Positions 1 through 14,345 are shown, counted from the stretch's first letter. The stretch: 64,000 nucleotides of DNA from Dicyema japonicum (GCA_011109175.1 RDEW01000008.1:877954-941953); one strand, 5' to 3'. Made by a program: numbers and translations. The notes: generated by a model from the letters alone, not told the origin.

Positions 1-770
1 AAGATGTTATATGGATTTTTTTGCATGATTTGAAACTCAGAAGTACTGTTTGCAGTAGAAGTGCCGCAATTTTTCAAGCCGAAATTTCGGAGAAAACACA
101 TTTGGCATTAATCGAAGAATTTCTAAGGCACGAGTATTCTGTTTGCGACACTTCTGAGTTGGATATAAAATTGATATCGAACATGAAAAAAGAAGGTTTA
201 ATGAATCAAATAAGATTGAAGAGTCTTCATTCCGTTATTTATAAGAATTTGTTGGAGGATTATATGAATACATACATTCCTCCCATTGGCTTATAAATGG
301 GAATAACTCCCCAAGGTAGGTAGCCTTATTCTGCCTTATTCAAGGTAGGAATCTGTTCTTTGGAGAACAAAATGCAATGTGCACTTTGTAAAAAATGGAA
401 GAAGACCGTGGATCATTGTGCCACAAGGTTTGAAAAGATGTTGCATGGGGATTATGTAAGAAGACATAACTAAGTCGTGAGGTGTCTACATTTCCACTTT
501 TTCAGAGAGTTTGGTCTCAAAACGAGAAGAAACTGAGGAGAGGTCAAGCAAGATTGTCCCGATTGTACTCACTTGGAATGGTCTAGTGACTTCACATTCG
601 TGGAAGTATGCAAGAGCTTTGAATATACGTGAAAGAACGTATGCGTATGTTAATCGCTGGTAATCAAGAAGACTTTGGAGAGTATTATTGTATCATATCG
701 GAACGAAGTCGACGTTTCGCGGCATTATAAGCTTAATGAATGGATAAAGGATATTTACTCTCGGTCTGAT
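1..770 (+). mobile_element. Decayed R4/Dong-like RLE non-LTR retrotransposon, 3' part (CCHC finger plus start of restriction-like endonuclease)
   Basis: Translation near 372-500 gives MQCALCKKWKKTVDHCATRFEKMLHGDYVRRHN*VVRCLHFH (C-x2-C...H-x4-C then RH motif, last C lost). Homologous to 49250-49350. Stops and frameshifts present. Confidence 0.8.
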
Positions 771-904
771 TATGAAGAAATTCAAGAAAAGAGTGTGAGT
801 GAAGAAAATGACTGTGACAATTGGGTTTACTCCCATAGTTGCTCGAAGAGGAAAACGAATTGGATAGAGAACATTTTAATTTTTTTTATTATATAGATTT
901 TTTT

Positions 905-1700
905 GAGGAAGTTTGCTGCGTGGATTGCGAACGAGTTCCCTATGGCCATTCCAATCTTTTGTCTTATCCATAACCCTTCTCGTTGATTCCCTTTTCTTTC
1001 TGGCAAGCAATCCTCCAAGTTCTCGCAAAAACTCAGCCGTCATTGGACAAACGGCTCCGATGATTCGGTCGCAACAGGAGTAATCCCCGAGGCAAGAATA
1101 TTTCTTGATTTTTAAGTTCTCCGTAGTCGAAGCAGCTGCTCCAGGTGTCTGAACCGATTTGAAAATAATCGTGCTTGAGAACGTGTATACACAAGTTGCG
1201 TCCTAGACCAAAGATCTTCCAGACGTGAAGGGGAAATGAGATCATCCCGTCAGGTCTCTTTCCATCTCCTAGATCAAGACCCACTGGTTCAAGCTGTGCT
1301 GGGAAGGTTGTAGCCTTCAGAGCTCTGACGATCACATCGTTAAGAGCAGCATGACGTGGTCCCCTTCCGGCGCTTCTTCTGCAGGACAGCGGGTGCAATC
1401 CCTTCGCATCGACTGTTTTTTCGTATCGGCATCGGTGCTCCTGGCAAACGTCTAGTCCCAGCCTTTGTCCGATTCCAATCCTCAAGGAATAGTCGTCCTA
1501 AAAGGTCCCGAGGTTTGGGCAAGGTATTGCATCAAACCATGCTCCACTCCCTCTACTTGAAGCTGACACCAAACAAGCCAGACGATGTTAATTTGCTTCT
1601 TTTTTAAGGTCTTCCAAAATTTTGTAGCAGACAATGTTATCCCAATTACAATGCTTTGTTGTGTCTTCGGGGATTTTGAGTCCGGACCCGTTCCATTTTA
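905..1700 (-). mobile_element. CRE-clade non-LTR retrotransposon, 3' fragment (RLE endonuclease)
   Basis: ORF 1033-1485: CRYEKTVDAKGLHPLSCRRSAGRGPRHAALNDVIVRAL...EPVGLDLGDGKRPDG (zinc finger, RH, PD motifs). Near-identical 3' end at 61501-61781. Confidence 0.85.
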
Positions 1701-1862
1701 ATTAGAATTAACCTTTTAAGATAAAATAAAACTTTTTGTTATTATTAATTTTTATCAAAATTTAAATCAAGTTAATTCAAACCAGTATGAATCCTCCTAA
1801 CAAACTTATATAATCAATATTTAATTTCGTGTAACCTTGAAGGTACATTGAACACCTGAACA

Positions 1863-2222
1863 CGCCGCATGGCGCCATGTGGTGCTTCGTGGCTAATTGA
1901 TTGAAGTTTCTGTTTTGTTCGTCTGTTCATAATTCACTTAATTAGCGTGCGTTCATGTGGTTTGGCCTAGTCCGGTGGCGTCAGATACAAGTAAAAGTGT
2001 ATCCAAAAGGAACCATTTGTCAGCGACCATCCAGAGGAGTTCCGCCTGGACGGCTCTTCCTACACATCCAAACACTTTTCCGGTGGATACTCGTCATGTA
2101 TGGAGAATGCGCAGGGACGCAGTCGGAACACTGAGAAAATATGCGGAGACTGTTGAGAAAGGCTGGGATCACCTGAAATTTTGTTTATTTCGGATATGAC
2201 GGTGGTTTTGGTTCAATAAATT
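1863..2222 (+). mobile_element. SINE family A copy (alternative 3' tail)
   Basis: Head GCCGCATGGCGCCATGTGGTGC matches 19697. Diverged core AAAAGGAACCATTTG. Tail GGCTGGGATCACC...AATAAA also seen at 34190 and 47078. Confidence 0.65.
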
Positions 2223-2859
2223 AAATTAAGGTAAATAAGGATTGAAATTTATTTGAAAAAGTTTTTAAGGTAATTTGGGGAGATTTTATAGTGGGGGCTG
2301 TTTGGGTGGATGCCCTAAAGTGTTGTCGTTAGATTATTTGGTCAGAATTGATCGACAACTCACTAGTTCTCTTCAGGACAGACGGATCTTGTACATGTTC
2401 CTTCAATTTTGGTGCCCCAGGCATTGGTGTATCTAATACCTATCAAGAGACATCGGATACAGGAACTTTCTATATGACTTGAATCTTGGAAGTAGTTTGC
2501 CAAAGACTCTTTGCCTTGAGGTTAAATAAGAGATTTAGTTGCTTATTAATTCTGTTCTGATAATAATTGAGGGTCAACTGATATTAAATTAGCATAATTA
2601 GTCCCTTATAAGAAGAGGTACAAGGTAACGCTACATTTCATTCTCTTCATCCTCAGATCTACTGACCAACTGCTATGAGAGGTGGTTAAATGTGAATACG
2701 AATTCCTCGTCGGAAGCTTTTGACTCTGCCGTTGTTAGATAAGAATGCTACCGATCTTTTAAAGGGAAGTAAGGCTAGGATCAGTAGCTGGGCTCTTAAA
2801 GGCTGTCGGTTTCTTACTTGTTAGTATTCTGACTGAGGGTACCACGGATCTACGATGAT

Positions 2860-2985
2860 TCGGGTTTGACGAGTGACTCCGTCATCAGTGAATACTTCAC
2901 TGCGGATCGTCTACAAGGACTCACGTAACTCTGTCCTGCCTGTGCGGAGCTATAAGTATTACTGTTCTCACGAAAAGTGCTGTCC
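2860..2985 (+). mobile_element. SINE family B, 5'-truncated copy
   Basis: GGGTTTGACGAGTGACTCCGTCATCAGTG...GTCCTGCCTGTGCGGAGCTA matches 38011-38200. Confidence 0.7.
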
Positions 2986-3649
2986 CCAATCTCGGAAGTC
3001 AAATATTCTGGAGAAGTCCTTTTTCCAGGTTTTGTGTTAAACCTTATCATAAGGACAGTGGTTTGTGCCACATCTCCCAGTGTATATCATCGTATGCATT
3101 GGAAGAAGTCATCAATTTCCAAGAGCATCGGTTCGACTTGAGGTCCTAAATTTTAAAAAATATATCAGTACATTTGATGTCCACATCTCATCAAAGTTGA
3201 CAAACTTCTCATATTCCTTCTTAATGGATTCAAGAGACCTAAGACACACGAGTCTTTCGAAATTTGGACGTATCGGTTGCACACTGTTGAATCCCTAAAA
3301 AAGGAAATCGTAGTTTACCAATTTTTTGATCCTGGACCTCATAGTCACCCTACAACATTATTGTCAATAGAACATTCGAGAAGTAATAACTCATAACTGC
3401 CTTGTTCCTCCACAGGGCAGACGACACTCATCAAAGTTCCTCCAATTTCGCGTTCGTATGCACCTCTATTTCAAAAAAAGTCAATTAAGAAGAAAAAAAA
3501 AAGTTACATCCATCTGGAAACCTTAGCTAACGAGGCCGCAGAGGATTTCTTCACCTCCGACACACTTCGATTCCATGACGACCAAAGGGCACCCTACCGA
3601 TGGTCCTGGAATGGTTTGAAGCAGCTCGCGACGGGAACACATAGAAAAG

Positions 3650-4020
3650 AATAACATCGTTATTAGATTCTCTGTTTGCATTGATAAAAACATTCAACCT
3701 TCTACATAAACGACCAAAAGAGCACGTGCAGAAGTATGAGTAATAAATATAGAATCATACAAGGTATTTCTACTATTCATATCCAATCCTTCATTCCATA
3801 CGCAGAGCCTTTCCAAGGACCAGTACACTTTGACAAGAAGAGAAAGAACTATACTCACAGTCTTTTATGTATGAGATTTCTCTAGTGGAGAAGAGCAGAT
3901 GATTTTTTTGGTAGCTGGGTTTAGAGATCATATGATTCCGTGCTAGAATGGAGATGGAACATATGAAGAGAAACCAAGGGAATCGAACCCAGAGAGAAAA
4001 ATGATATCCTTACCACCAAT
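3650..4020 (-). mobile_element. Old SINE family A copy with tRNA-like head
   Basis: Minus strand TGGTGGTAAG...GGGTTCGATTCCC (B box), then AAAAAAATCATCTGCTCTTCTCC resembling the family A core. Confidence 0.45.
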
Positions 4021-4741
4021 ATGTAACACATATCCAATAGTATATAGCACCAAGGGATTTTGGGAGTTACTTAGCGTCAGCTTATAGTGAGGGGTGGACC
4101 CCTCTTAATCGAAAAAGTGACCCATATCGAAGATTAAATGGAAGAATCAGGTTTTAAGCCTTACTCCTTCAAAAGTGGAACTTCTGTAAGTTATTCTTGA
4201 AATAGAATGTCCCAAGTCTTATATTTGGGACGTCATGAGGGATCATCATAGATTTATATAAAACTAGAATTTCTTGAGTTCATTAACATCAATTTCTTCC
4301 TGGTAAATGATTTCTCTTTTTTCCGCTTCTTTTCCTTGTTCGTCATATTAATGACGTCACGTCTTCCGTCTGTCTCAAACAACATCTAGTGAAACAAAAA
4401 AGGATCCTCTGCACTCCACCCAAATTAAAATCAGTGAGCAGTGACTTTGGTTTCGAAAATGAGAAGATAATTATTCACTGTGACGGTTTCCGTTTTCACG
4501 GCAAAGACCGACGAATTTGTGAACAAAAGAACCATTCAGGACTGAGACTATCCTTGTTTAAAACCAGAAAATTCAGTTAACCAACGTATTTCGTAAGTGA
4601 GAGGATACAACACGTCAATTATGCAGGAGATTGATTGATTTATTAGAGATCTTCACTATGGGCTGCATGCATTGAGCACGCAATGGAAGTTACCTCTCAT
4701 TTATTTAAAATAAAGTGACGGTTTATTATTAATTTATTTTC

Positions 4742-4985
4742 AGAGTCACGGAGAGGTGGAGTTGTGGGAGACACAGAACCGGACCGACTACTCTGGAGGC
4801 CCTCATCAAACTAAACTCCGGCATGCGCAAGGTGGCCCTGCAAATACAGTCAGCCGCCCAGTACGAGCTTGTGTGGGCACGAGGGAAGAGCACCGGGAAA
4901 GGATGAGGATTTTGGTGGAACGCATCGGATCACGTGATAGTTAGTTTGGTTTTACCGTGGTCTTGGGTGTTAAATAAATAAAATA
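4742..4985 (+). mobile_element. Short interspersed retroelement or LINE 3' end (second copy on minus strand at 7030-7265)
   Basis: Shared GCTTGTGTGGG..CGAG..GAGCA...ATGAGG...GGATC.CGTGA.AGTTAGTTTG...GGTGTTAAA and AAAT tail. Confidence 0.6.
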
Positions 4986-7900
4986 ATTTAAATAAAATAA
5001 ATAAATAATGGCGGTCTTTTTGATGATTAATAAGTTAGTGGCAAGGATAACTAAAAAGTTTACAAAAAACATTTAACAGAGGCTGATATAAAAGATTCCA
5101 AATTTGAGGCGTGGTTTGAAAGTATGCTTTTATCATGTCTTTCGTTTAAAGTAAAATGGCTTTATCATGGATAGCGAACTATTTGTGGATATTGACTGTC
5201 TTGCCTTGGGGATTTACAGATATCTGTAAAATCTATTTTTATTTTTAGTATGAAAAATGAAATTCTAACATTTTACTTGGATGGTTTGATACAGAATATT
5301 TGCAACATTCTCAACAAAACTGCAATAAATGGTACAAGATTGATAATATCACTAACGGAATGATAAACTTTTTTAATGGTAGGCTAAGAGAAATAAGCTG
5401 ATCTCAGAGCGGAAGCCATGAAACAGCAGAAAGAAGCCATATTAAGTGATTATCGGGGAAAATCGATTCAAGTTTCTGAGTTTTCAACGGATAGCTACGA
5501 AAAACATGTAAAATTTAAAACTGGAGGAGGTGCATGGGTCACTGAGCACAAAAAATGCCATGAATTGAAGTCTCCACCTGAAGGATCTACAGAAGAGCGA
5601 GTTTGGTGATCATTTATTACCAGGGAAGTTCACTAACTTACCGAATTGGAAACGAAGATCAAAGAGATGGAAGGGAAACCGAATTGATATGAAAAGGAAG
5701 GCAGAAGAGGTGATCGTGAGGAACAAGGTGGCCAAATTCACGAGAAAAGTGAAAGTTGGTGGCATTGTGGACCTTCGAAAGAGACAGAGTGTGTAATCCA
5801 TAATCAGAAGGCTACGAGGAAATTATGAAGGATTTGGAGAATCTGAATGGTATAGTGGCTGTTCGGGGGAGATTTCGTTTCTTGTGTGTTGCAAAAATTA
5901 GAAGGCGGCAATAAAAGAGTTGGAAGAAGCCACCATGGTAGGGACGAGAGATCCTTTTAGGATGTCGGCAAGACAACGGGCGTCTCCATAACTACGTAGA
6001 TCTTCTAAGGAACTGAAGAAGACAAAGAGCAGAATAGAGTCTTAGGCCAATTCAATAAGTTAGTTTTTTGATAATCTTTAATTTTAAAGAAAAACAACAA
6101 AAGCTACAGACAAAATTTGAGTTAAAGGTCTGCTACTTGAGGCAAAGATGAGCGTGCACGTGACATCCCAGACTAGAGGTTTTCCAGCAGTAAACGGAAA
6201 ATGGTCATTTCATCAGGACGTTTAACATCTTGTCTAGACATCCCAATGTGCTCGAAAACTAGCCGTCCCCCAAATCTTCATCCCAACCCCGAATTCTCTA
6301 ATTTTGAAGACCAGTGAGGTGACCGTGTAAAAGACAATGGGGGCCTTCTATGTGAAGGGCTGTGAGCTTCCTTAGCACTTCCAGTTTATTGGGGATTGAC
6401 CTGATGAAGGGACCTCATGGAGGAGTTCATGCTCTTCGACGCAGTACCCATGTTATTTACCCAAGGATACCAATAATTTCATTTGAGATGCCTTTATATT
6501 CAAGAGACTGCAGTTCCAGTGGGACTTAGTTATGGAATAACAATAAACCCGAGGACAGTCGTTAAAGGTTGAAGGCATTTATTTACAATAAAGTGTTTCT
6601 CCCGTGGACAATGTAGGGAGATCAAGAACGGGTAATCTGTACAGGAGATGCACGAAATATGGAAGGACTGTGATTATTGTATATCCTGAGGTATCCAATG
6701 TTAATAGAATAAGCTTGAAAGCTAATTAATTTTTTGTGGTTGATAGCCGGGTGTGAGCGAACTACACTGCTATGATTTAATAAATCTTCATATAAATATT
6801 GAACGGTACTATGATTTGAATATTTCCTAGTAAATAGCCACATATTGCTAACAGCGTTACCACCCTAATTTCAAAAACTGGATTTCACAATTCTGCATTA
6901 CTGTTTATGGCATTGGTCGGCCCGTGGCTCTTTGAGTTTTTTATGTGGCTCTTTCAATTATCGCAAATGAATCTCCAATAAAAACACTTTCAAAAAAGTG
7001 TTCTTCCAATTTTTATATAATAATAATTTTAACACCAGGTACAACGGTTACACAAACTAACTAATCACGCGATCCCAGTACGCACTAGCAAGGACCTCAT
7101 CTTGGCCTAATGCTCCTCTCTCGACCCCACACAAGCAAGTATCGGTCGAGTGACTGGACCTTCGCAGTCACGACGGCGCGTTCCTTGATTCATTCGTATT
7201 AAGGCTTCAAGTGGCAATGGTGACTGGAACTCTCCAGAAATCCAACGTTCCGTGATCTTGGAGGCTCTTTTCTGACTAGCCTCGATCTTCAAGACATTTG
7301 TCCGAGAGATGCATGTATATTTTAGACTATATATAATATTTTGATGCTATTTTATATTAAATTTTTATTTAATTGTTACAAATTTTTTTATATTTTAATT
7401 TTAAAAATCTCACTCGCTTAATCATAAATTCTGTTTGTGGTTCTTCAATTATGTCCATAAATAATGTTTCCTTTAACACGAAAAATTCAGCCAGAACAAA
7501 AATTCAACTCTGGAGAGACAATTTGATTCAAAACATGGTTATTTTTTAAGAAAATATCAAATTGGCGATGTAAATACTAGCTGTGGAAGAACTCCAAAAA
7601 TATTAAAATTGAAGGTTCAACATTTAATTATTGGAAGCAGTCTGCCAAGACTACTTATATTAGAAGCTTCATCGTCAGTCATGAGATTGCAAAAATGTGA
7701 AATGCAAACCCTGGTTTATGGGATAGACGGTGATACAGGGATAAACAGAGAATTACCACGTTCGCTACTTTCCCACTATCATAGGATTCCACGTTGATAG
7801 TCCAATGTGATTCCCAATGTGAATTTCGAAAGTTATCATTATTAATTACATAATTATTAATAATTATTAAGAAATATATTTATTAAATTGAGAACCATTT

Positions 7901-8659
7901 TAAAATTAAAACGCGGTTTAAAATCATTGTTTTAAGTTAGTTCAGGACTTTTAGTGGATTGTTTAGTTGTTTTAGTCTATAATTTCGAGGCAATTCATCT
8001 GAAAGAGAAATTCGCGATCTTTGTACTTTCTTGGACCGCTAGGACATGACCTTGAAGAATAGGACTTGTCAGCACATTCCCTAACGGTCTTTGCTTACTT
8101 GATGTTAGCGATGCTGGAGTTAATTTAATTCAAGGTTTCATGATTTTTCGTTTTTATTTCATTTTATTTATATTTATTATGTATTTTATTATAATTTTAT
8201 GAATTAATTTATTTTTGTCATTTAATTTTAAAAATTCTTTATCAAGGAGAAAATACCAATGCACCATTCAATATGAACATTGATTTTCTAAGATAATGTC
8301 GAAGAAAAATATTAATGCGTCATTCAATGAAAAAATTCAGGTCATCCCGGCTTCCATCAGCAGTCTTAGCATGCTCAGATTTGAAGGAAGTGCCGTCTAG
8401 GGGAACTCCTCTGAATGGTTGTTGTTGACTATGGTCCTTTTTGGATATAATTTAGGATTATATCTAACGCCACCAGAGATCGTGAACCAAATGATGTACG
8501 CTAACAATTCAATTTCCCTGGAGTCAAAAAGAAAGAGGACGAACAGAAGAAACATTAGAAAAATCTTCAATTCAAATAGTTGCATAGTCTACACTAACGT
8601 TAGTGCCACGTGGTATGTGTAATTTAATATTGAATATAGATTTCTATATGGATTCATTA

Positions 8660-8990
8660 TTATTGCCCCAGGACCACTGGATAAAGAAAAGAATGTTTTT
8701 CTACTAAGTGATCCCAGGATCGTTGATCCACTATTGAATGGAATAATCGTATTATTGAGAAGATTCTTGGTTTGATGCTGTAGTCCCTTTACACGTGGTA
8801 AACAATGTTACAAACAACTTGACTCTAGAAATCTCAAGACGTAGTTGAGCAAACCATAGGGTCAGAGTGTCGAGCATTACTTTATGACAATGTCTGCTTG
8901 AAATCTCTGCCCCAGCAGTGATGATGTCATCTGCATAGGAGGGTATAATAAAATTTTCAATTTTAGATTGTGGCATATTGTGGTGTATAA
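8660..8990 (-). mobile_element. I-group LINE reverse transcriptase fragment (continues beyond the hAT insertion at about 10510-10535)
   Basis: SYADDI...LTLWFAQLRLEISRVK..VTLFT in ORF 8752-8976. LSP motif codons lie on the other side of the hAT. Confidence 0.7.
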
Positions 8991-9001
8991 AAAGATCAAA
9001 C

Positions 9002-10501
9002 CAGTGTTCCTCAACCTTTTTTTCGCATTATTCCTATGAACCAATTTCGGCTTGTCAATATTGTATCGCCCCTATTGTCCGGGACCACTGGATTAAGGAG
9101 AAAGAATGTCCCTTCAAAGTGATCTTTGGCCTTGGGACTCTTTTAGTAAGAATTGATTTCTCTTCTTATGCTGAGCGAACAGTTTTCTTGAGACGGAGCA
9201 CTTCAACTTCCTTGTTCGGACCGTGACTCCCGCGTATGGCTAGAAGATGTGGGGCAACTTGAGATATGGGTTCCTCTTATAAAAGAACGAATTTTGTTCC
9301 TCATTACGGCAGGGAAGCTTTTTTCCGTGACCATCTCAATCAAATCCAAGTGGGGAAGGCGCAAAACTTAGTAGACGCATCCAGTCCTGTATTCCGGAGG
9401 GTATCTTATATCATTTTCAATACCTTGGAATAATTGCCACGGATTAATTAGCATGACTTCCTATTTAAATAAAGTTTGACTTCTGTTTAAGAGAGGGTTA
9501 ATAATGGAAACATTACTATTCCTTGTCGGAAGGGCTGTTGAAATGCACGATTTTTTCCGACTTTGCAGAGACTATATGAGTTTTTTAGGATATGATTTAA
9601 ATTCGTTATCTGTCCGTTCCTACTATTCCTTCCTATAAGAGTGACGTCATGTGATCCTCATATTTCAGGTGGATCATTTGCTCTCCCCAATCAACTGGAT
9701 GGGTTTCCACAACTGCCAGGAATGTGTTTCTTTTACATTTATGCTGGTTTCGGAGGACTTGTGTGACGTTGAAGGACTCTGTTTCTGTAACAGTGGAAAC
9801 TGGATACACTTAATTAGTTGTTTACTGTTAACTTTTTTCTTGGTGTATCCGGGGTTAATAAAAAAGTAACAATTAAGGACATATCGTCAATTCTTCCTAG
9901 CATTGTATCGTTACTAAATGGAATAGTCTCTAGTAATTCGACAGATTCCCTTTGGGGAATATGTTCTATAGACATTTCTACATACGGAAGTACAACACTC
10001 CCGACAATGAAGGCTAAAGTAAAAAAATCTGTTTTGGCGACAATTTCTGCAACTTTATATGAATAAAAAATAAATATTAATAAAATTTTATTATTTTGTC
10101 ATTGTTTTGCATTAGCTTTTTGATTCAATATCTTTTCCTCGTTAGAGGATATTTGCATTGCGCTAGTTCTAATAAACGAGATGGAATAATCGCTTCATTT
10201 GAAAAGTTAACACCAAATCAAGTCAACACCACATTGCACACACAAGGGCTTAAGTTTAAAAAAAATAATAAATAATGGATTTTATATAAAACAAAAAAAT
10301 AAATAATTCTCTTTATTTAATTTTTAACAGTTCCTATCAAAAAGTTGCGTGCCATATTATTTAATTATTTAAAAGCTGGGCTATACTAAAAAAGCCTTCT
10401 AGTTGATCTCTGTCAATCGTGAGAGGCACGTTAAAAAATCATTAAATAAAAAATCGCCATCCCCCTGACAAATAAAATTCGCCCCTCGTCGAGAAACACT
10501 G
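9002..10501 (-). mobile_element. Non-autonomous hAT (Buster/ZBED-type) element carrying nested LINE and SINE A pieces
   Basis: TIRs CAGTGTTCCTCAACC / GTCGAGAAACACTG. 8-bp TSD GATCAAAC (8994-9001) / GATTAAAC (10502-10509). Transposase remnant YKVAEIVAK...IPFSNDTMLGRIDDMS at about 9880-10040 (-). SINE A piece at 9640-9866. Confidence 0.85.
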
Positions 10502-10825
10502 GATTAAACAATGCACATGAGAGGGGATAACCTTAAAGTATTTCATTGGGAAGGAGATGAGTCTTTGATTTCATTTAGTCTCAATCACTTTGGCTCGTCT
10601 CCCGCTCAGAAAGTTGATCTACAAAAGTTTAATATTTGAGTGGAAAATATTCATGTGTTGAAAAAAAGTCTTCATTTGTACCAAGTCGAATGCTTTGTTA
10701 CCTCGACTGAGATACAGTAAGAGAAACAGTAAATCCTTTCGAATGCGTCATCAGATCCATCAAAATACACTTTTATCTACCAAAATTGTCGAATCCGCCA
10801 CATTTTTCTGTAAAAATTAATAATA

Positions 10826-12120
10826 AAGTAAACCCTCATTAATCCGAAAACTTCAATAATCTGAATTTTTTGATGAGTTAGTAAAATTTTACAAAATTTC
10901 CTTACAAACAGGCTTCAATTAACCAAACTTCATAATCCGCAATCCGAAAGACATTTATTAAAAATTTCGGATTAATTTATTTTGTTATTTTGACATTCAA
11001 ATGAATTTACATTTAAATTTAAATCTATCAGTATCTCATGGTTAGAAAAAAGTAATATTTGTGAAATAAAAATACATCAAATATGACTCTTAGAGAATTA
11101 TCCCATGTCTGTGAAATAAAAACGAACCCTTATTTGGGAATTTCTACACATTCAGATATTCTAAAAAACCGTGATTGTTGGAAAACTGTGAAACTACAAT
11201 TAGCAGACAGCTAAGTAGTAAACATCATCAAGTTGATAATTCACTTGTTGAATGGATGAAATTAATGGTTTCATTACTGAAGATATCATCATTGCATAAA
11301 CTAAAGTATTTGGTGAAAAGCTTGGAATTAATGATTTTGAAGTTAGTAAAGGCTACACAGATTTAAAGGAAGATTTAATCTTAAACTAACAGCTTAACAC
11401 AAGATGAAATTATTTTGAATAAACAAATATGATTAGTTAAAAGAAGTGATCCTGACGTATTAGTAAAAATGGATGAAACTAGACTCTTTTTTCAATCTTG
11501 CCCTACGAATCGTTATACGAACAGGAGATCCTCGTGAGCGCTACTGGTTATTTGAGCGAATATCGCTCGCTATCCTGAGAGGGAATAGCCACGCAGTCAG
11601 GGAATCCGTTATTTAACCGTTTACTCTTTTTTCTTTATAAAAGTTTATTATATTACCTTTTTAAAACAATTTCATCTAAAAATAAAAATTACATAAAGCA
11701 ATCAAAAGTGAGGATTACTATAGCTCTTTGTGCTAATGAGACTGGAACAATGAAAATAAATCCTTTTTATTGGCCATAATAAAAGACCAAGATTTTAAAA
11801 AGATTTTGACTTTGAAAATTATTGTACTATGTAAGTAAAAGGGTTTGAATGACAACAAAATTTTTTAATGTTTTCATCAGTCATCATAGTGATAAATTAA
11901 AATGTTACAGAAAAAGTTCTTTTTACTGATTAATAAAACTCCACGTTTTAACGAATTTTTTCGGAAATTGAAATTTTATTCCTTCCGAAAACACAACTGC
12001 ACATCTTCAACCATGGATGCAGGCATAATCAAAAACTTTAAGCATTATTATAGAAAAAGGCTTATTTTGTAATATGTCGACGAGGAAATTATTGATGCTA
12101 AAATGGAGAGATTATTATTA
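10826..12120 (+). mobile_element. Decayed pogo/Tigger transposon, interrupted by a CRE 3' end (about 11505-11660)
   Basis: Tigger-like end GTAAACCCTCATTAATCCG. DDE_1 remnants MDETRLFF and LP.NTTAHLQP.DAGIIKNFKHYYRKRL. Insert matches 24713-24795. Confidence 0.75.
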
Positions 12121-12187
12121 TATATGAAAACATAAATATTAACTTTAAAATATTTATTCATTATAAAATGAATAAAAATTAAATTAA

Positions 12188-12280
12188 GGCATCTGAATGG
12201 CCATGCTATTTCCCCTAACAATAGCCAACGAGATACGTTCTCGGAACCAACCAGTCTCTCGCGGATCCTTGGTCATTTTT
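12188..12280 (-). mobile_element. CRE 3' terminal fragment
   Basis: Encodes DPRETGWFRERISLAIVRGNSMAI, as in ORF 24543-24809. Confidence 0.75.
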
Positions 12281-12339
12281 TATTAAAATGAGTCGAATAC
12301 ATTATCGGAAAGACTCTACAGTTAAACCTTATCGTCGAT

Positions 12340-12900
12340 GTTATTCAAAAAATTAAGACCGGAAAAGATCCTTAAGTTGCATGTAAATAAATCATTTAAA
12401 AAAATGTCTTGGCAAAAATCGAGGATGTGATTCCTATTAATGATGATACAGAAGATATGAAATATCAATGTGAAAAATGCGAGACTTGTGAATTGTTCCA
12501 AAGACTGAGGGTAAAACCAAACTAACTTACTCCTTGATCCTGACGCGTTTCAGCAGAACCTTCACCCAAGAAAAGTGACCAGGAAAAACTATTTTAAATT
12601 ATTTATAAGTTAAATATGAATTATTTAAAAAATTTAAAAAATGCAGTAAAAAATAATTATTTTTAAATAAATGTTTTTTTTAAATCAGCCGTATAGTTAT
12701 TTTAAAAAGTGAAATTATACGAAATTCTGATGGTTCATAAAATCAATAATCAACTGAGAAACATGCTATTTTTGACAATTTTCGACATCAGAGCTGCTAA
12801 TGTCAGTCAAGTCATTCAGCAATAGTCATTAAGAAATTACGTTATATTAGGGATTCTCCCTTCGAGTTGCTTTTTTCCAACCCACGTGGAGTAGGTGAAC
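12340..12900 (+). mobile_element. Retroviral-type integrase remnant (Gypsy/Ginger-like)
   Basis: H...CEKCETCELFQ zinc-binding remnant at about 12380-12500 and DSPFELLF at about 12850. Confidence 0.4.
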
Positions 12901-13263
12901 AACTAATAAACGCATCGATCTGGGAATTTCAAAAATAATTATGGATTACTCACATTAAAAGAACTCATGGAAACTGAATCTCCTTTCAAATTGGATCATT
13001 ATCATTTTGACGTTGAGGCTTTAAGAATTCAGTCTTCAAAAACAAACAATTTTTGGAACCCAACACAAACAGTCACAACTAATCAAAGGGAGAACGTCTG
13101 CTTGTGTTAACCAAATCATTACAGGCTTTCGAAGAGAGGTGGTGCTCACTTACATTTTCGTCTCACGTCCTCTCGTCATCGACATCACTTCATTCTTTAG
13201 CAGGAAAGTTTTAATAATGGAATCTTCACCAGTGGATTTGGGAGAATGATGATTTTAATAATT

Positions 13264-14136
13264 CACTCGACGCTCGCAAACTGGCCATCTTGCAAATTAG
13301 CCAATCTTTAAATTGCCCACATTTGAAAATTTTTCTAAGAAAACATCCTATTCTCCTTCATTAATTGGTCATTTTTTAATTTAATTTTTACATCGATAAA
13401 AACAATAAATTATCTTTTACTGAAGAAGGACACTATTTTGAAAGATTCAAAAAATTATCAACCATATTTTAAAGCTCCACATAATCCAACGTTTCCCTAG
13501 CTTGAAGAGAAGTTAGTCATTTTATTGATAAGCATCTGCAGAAACCGATTTCAAGGTTACAAAAATTTTAAAGACTGTGTCTCAATTATGATTTGTTCAA
13601 ACATGAGCGCAACGTATAAGTTAAAACCAGTGATGATTGCAAAATTAAAAATGACCGAATGTTTTCTAAATTATGACTTTAGATGCTCTCCTACTATGCA
13701 TCTTTGATCCTCTCAAAGTTGAGGATTTTTTAAATATCGAATACACGGAAAATGAAACGTTTATTGAAAATGAATATTTTTAGAAGATTCAGAAAATAGT
13801 GAACAAGAATCTGAGAACATAAAACCTGTAACAAAATGGATATTTTAGGTAGATTAACTGCAATAGAGAGGGAGAGAGGGAACTCTTAGCTAATGTTGAG
13901 AATGAACACGAAGTTTTTCTAAATCTTGAATAAGAACAAAGCAAGTATTATTGAAGGAAAGAAAAAAACTGTTAGAAAATACATTTTATTTTAATAAAAT
14001 TTAAATACTTTTTTGTTCATTTGAGTATTTTTTAAATTCTTTGTTGATTGTTCTTCAAAATTATTGATTTTATTTTTTCAAATTGGGCACAAAATTCTAA
14101 GGAACCCAAAAAGGCCAATTTGCGATGGTCGGGTGT
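13264..14136 (+). mobile_element. Internally deleted pogo/Tigger element
   Basis: TIRs CACTCGACGCTCGCAAACTGGCC / GGCCAATTTGCGATGGTCGGGTG followed by TA. Remnant GYKNFKDCVSIMICSNMSATYKLKPVMIAK. Confidence 0.75.
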
Positions 14137-14159
14137 ATAACTAAATTAACATCTCCTTA

Positions 14160-14345
14160 CTGGTTTGACGAATGACACCGTCATCAGTGATACTGCGCAA
14201 CAGAATTGTCTAGAAAGACTCACACGCAAACAAAAGAAAAATAGGAAGTTAAGAACATACCTTACCTTTCTTCCAACTATTAGTTAGCATAACTGTTCTT
14301 TTTTAATCAAAAAACGTGTTCTCATATTTAAGTATCATGGATCTG
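14160..14345 (+). mobile_element. SINE family B, truncated copy
   Basis: GGTTTGACGAATGACACCGTCATCAGTG...TTGTCTAGAAAGAC core and TTAGTT...TAACTGTTCTT tail. Confidence 0.65.
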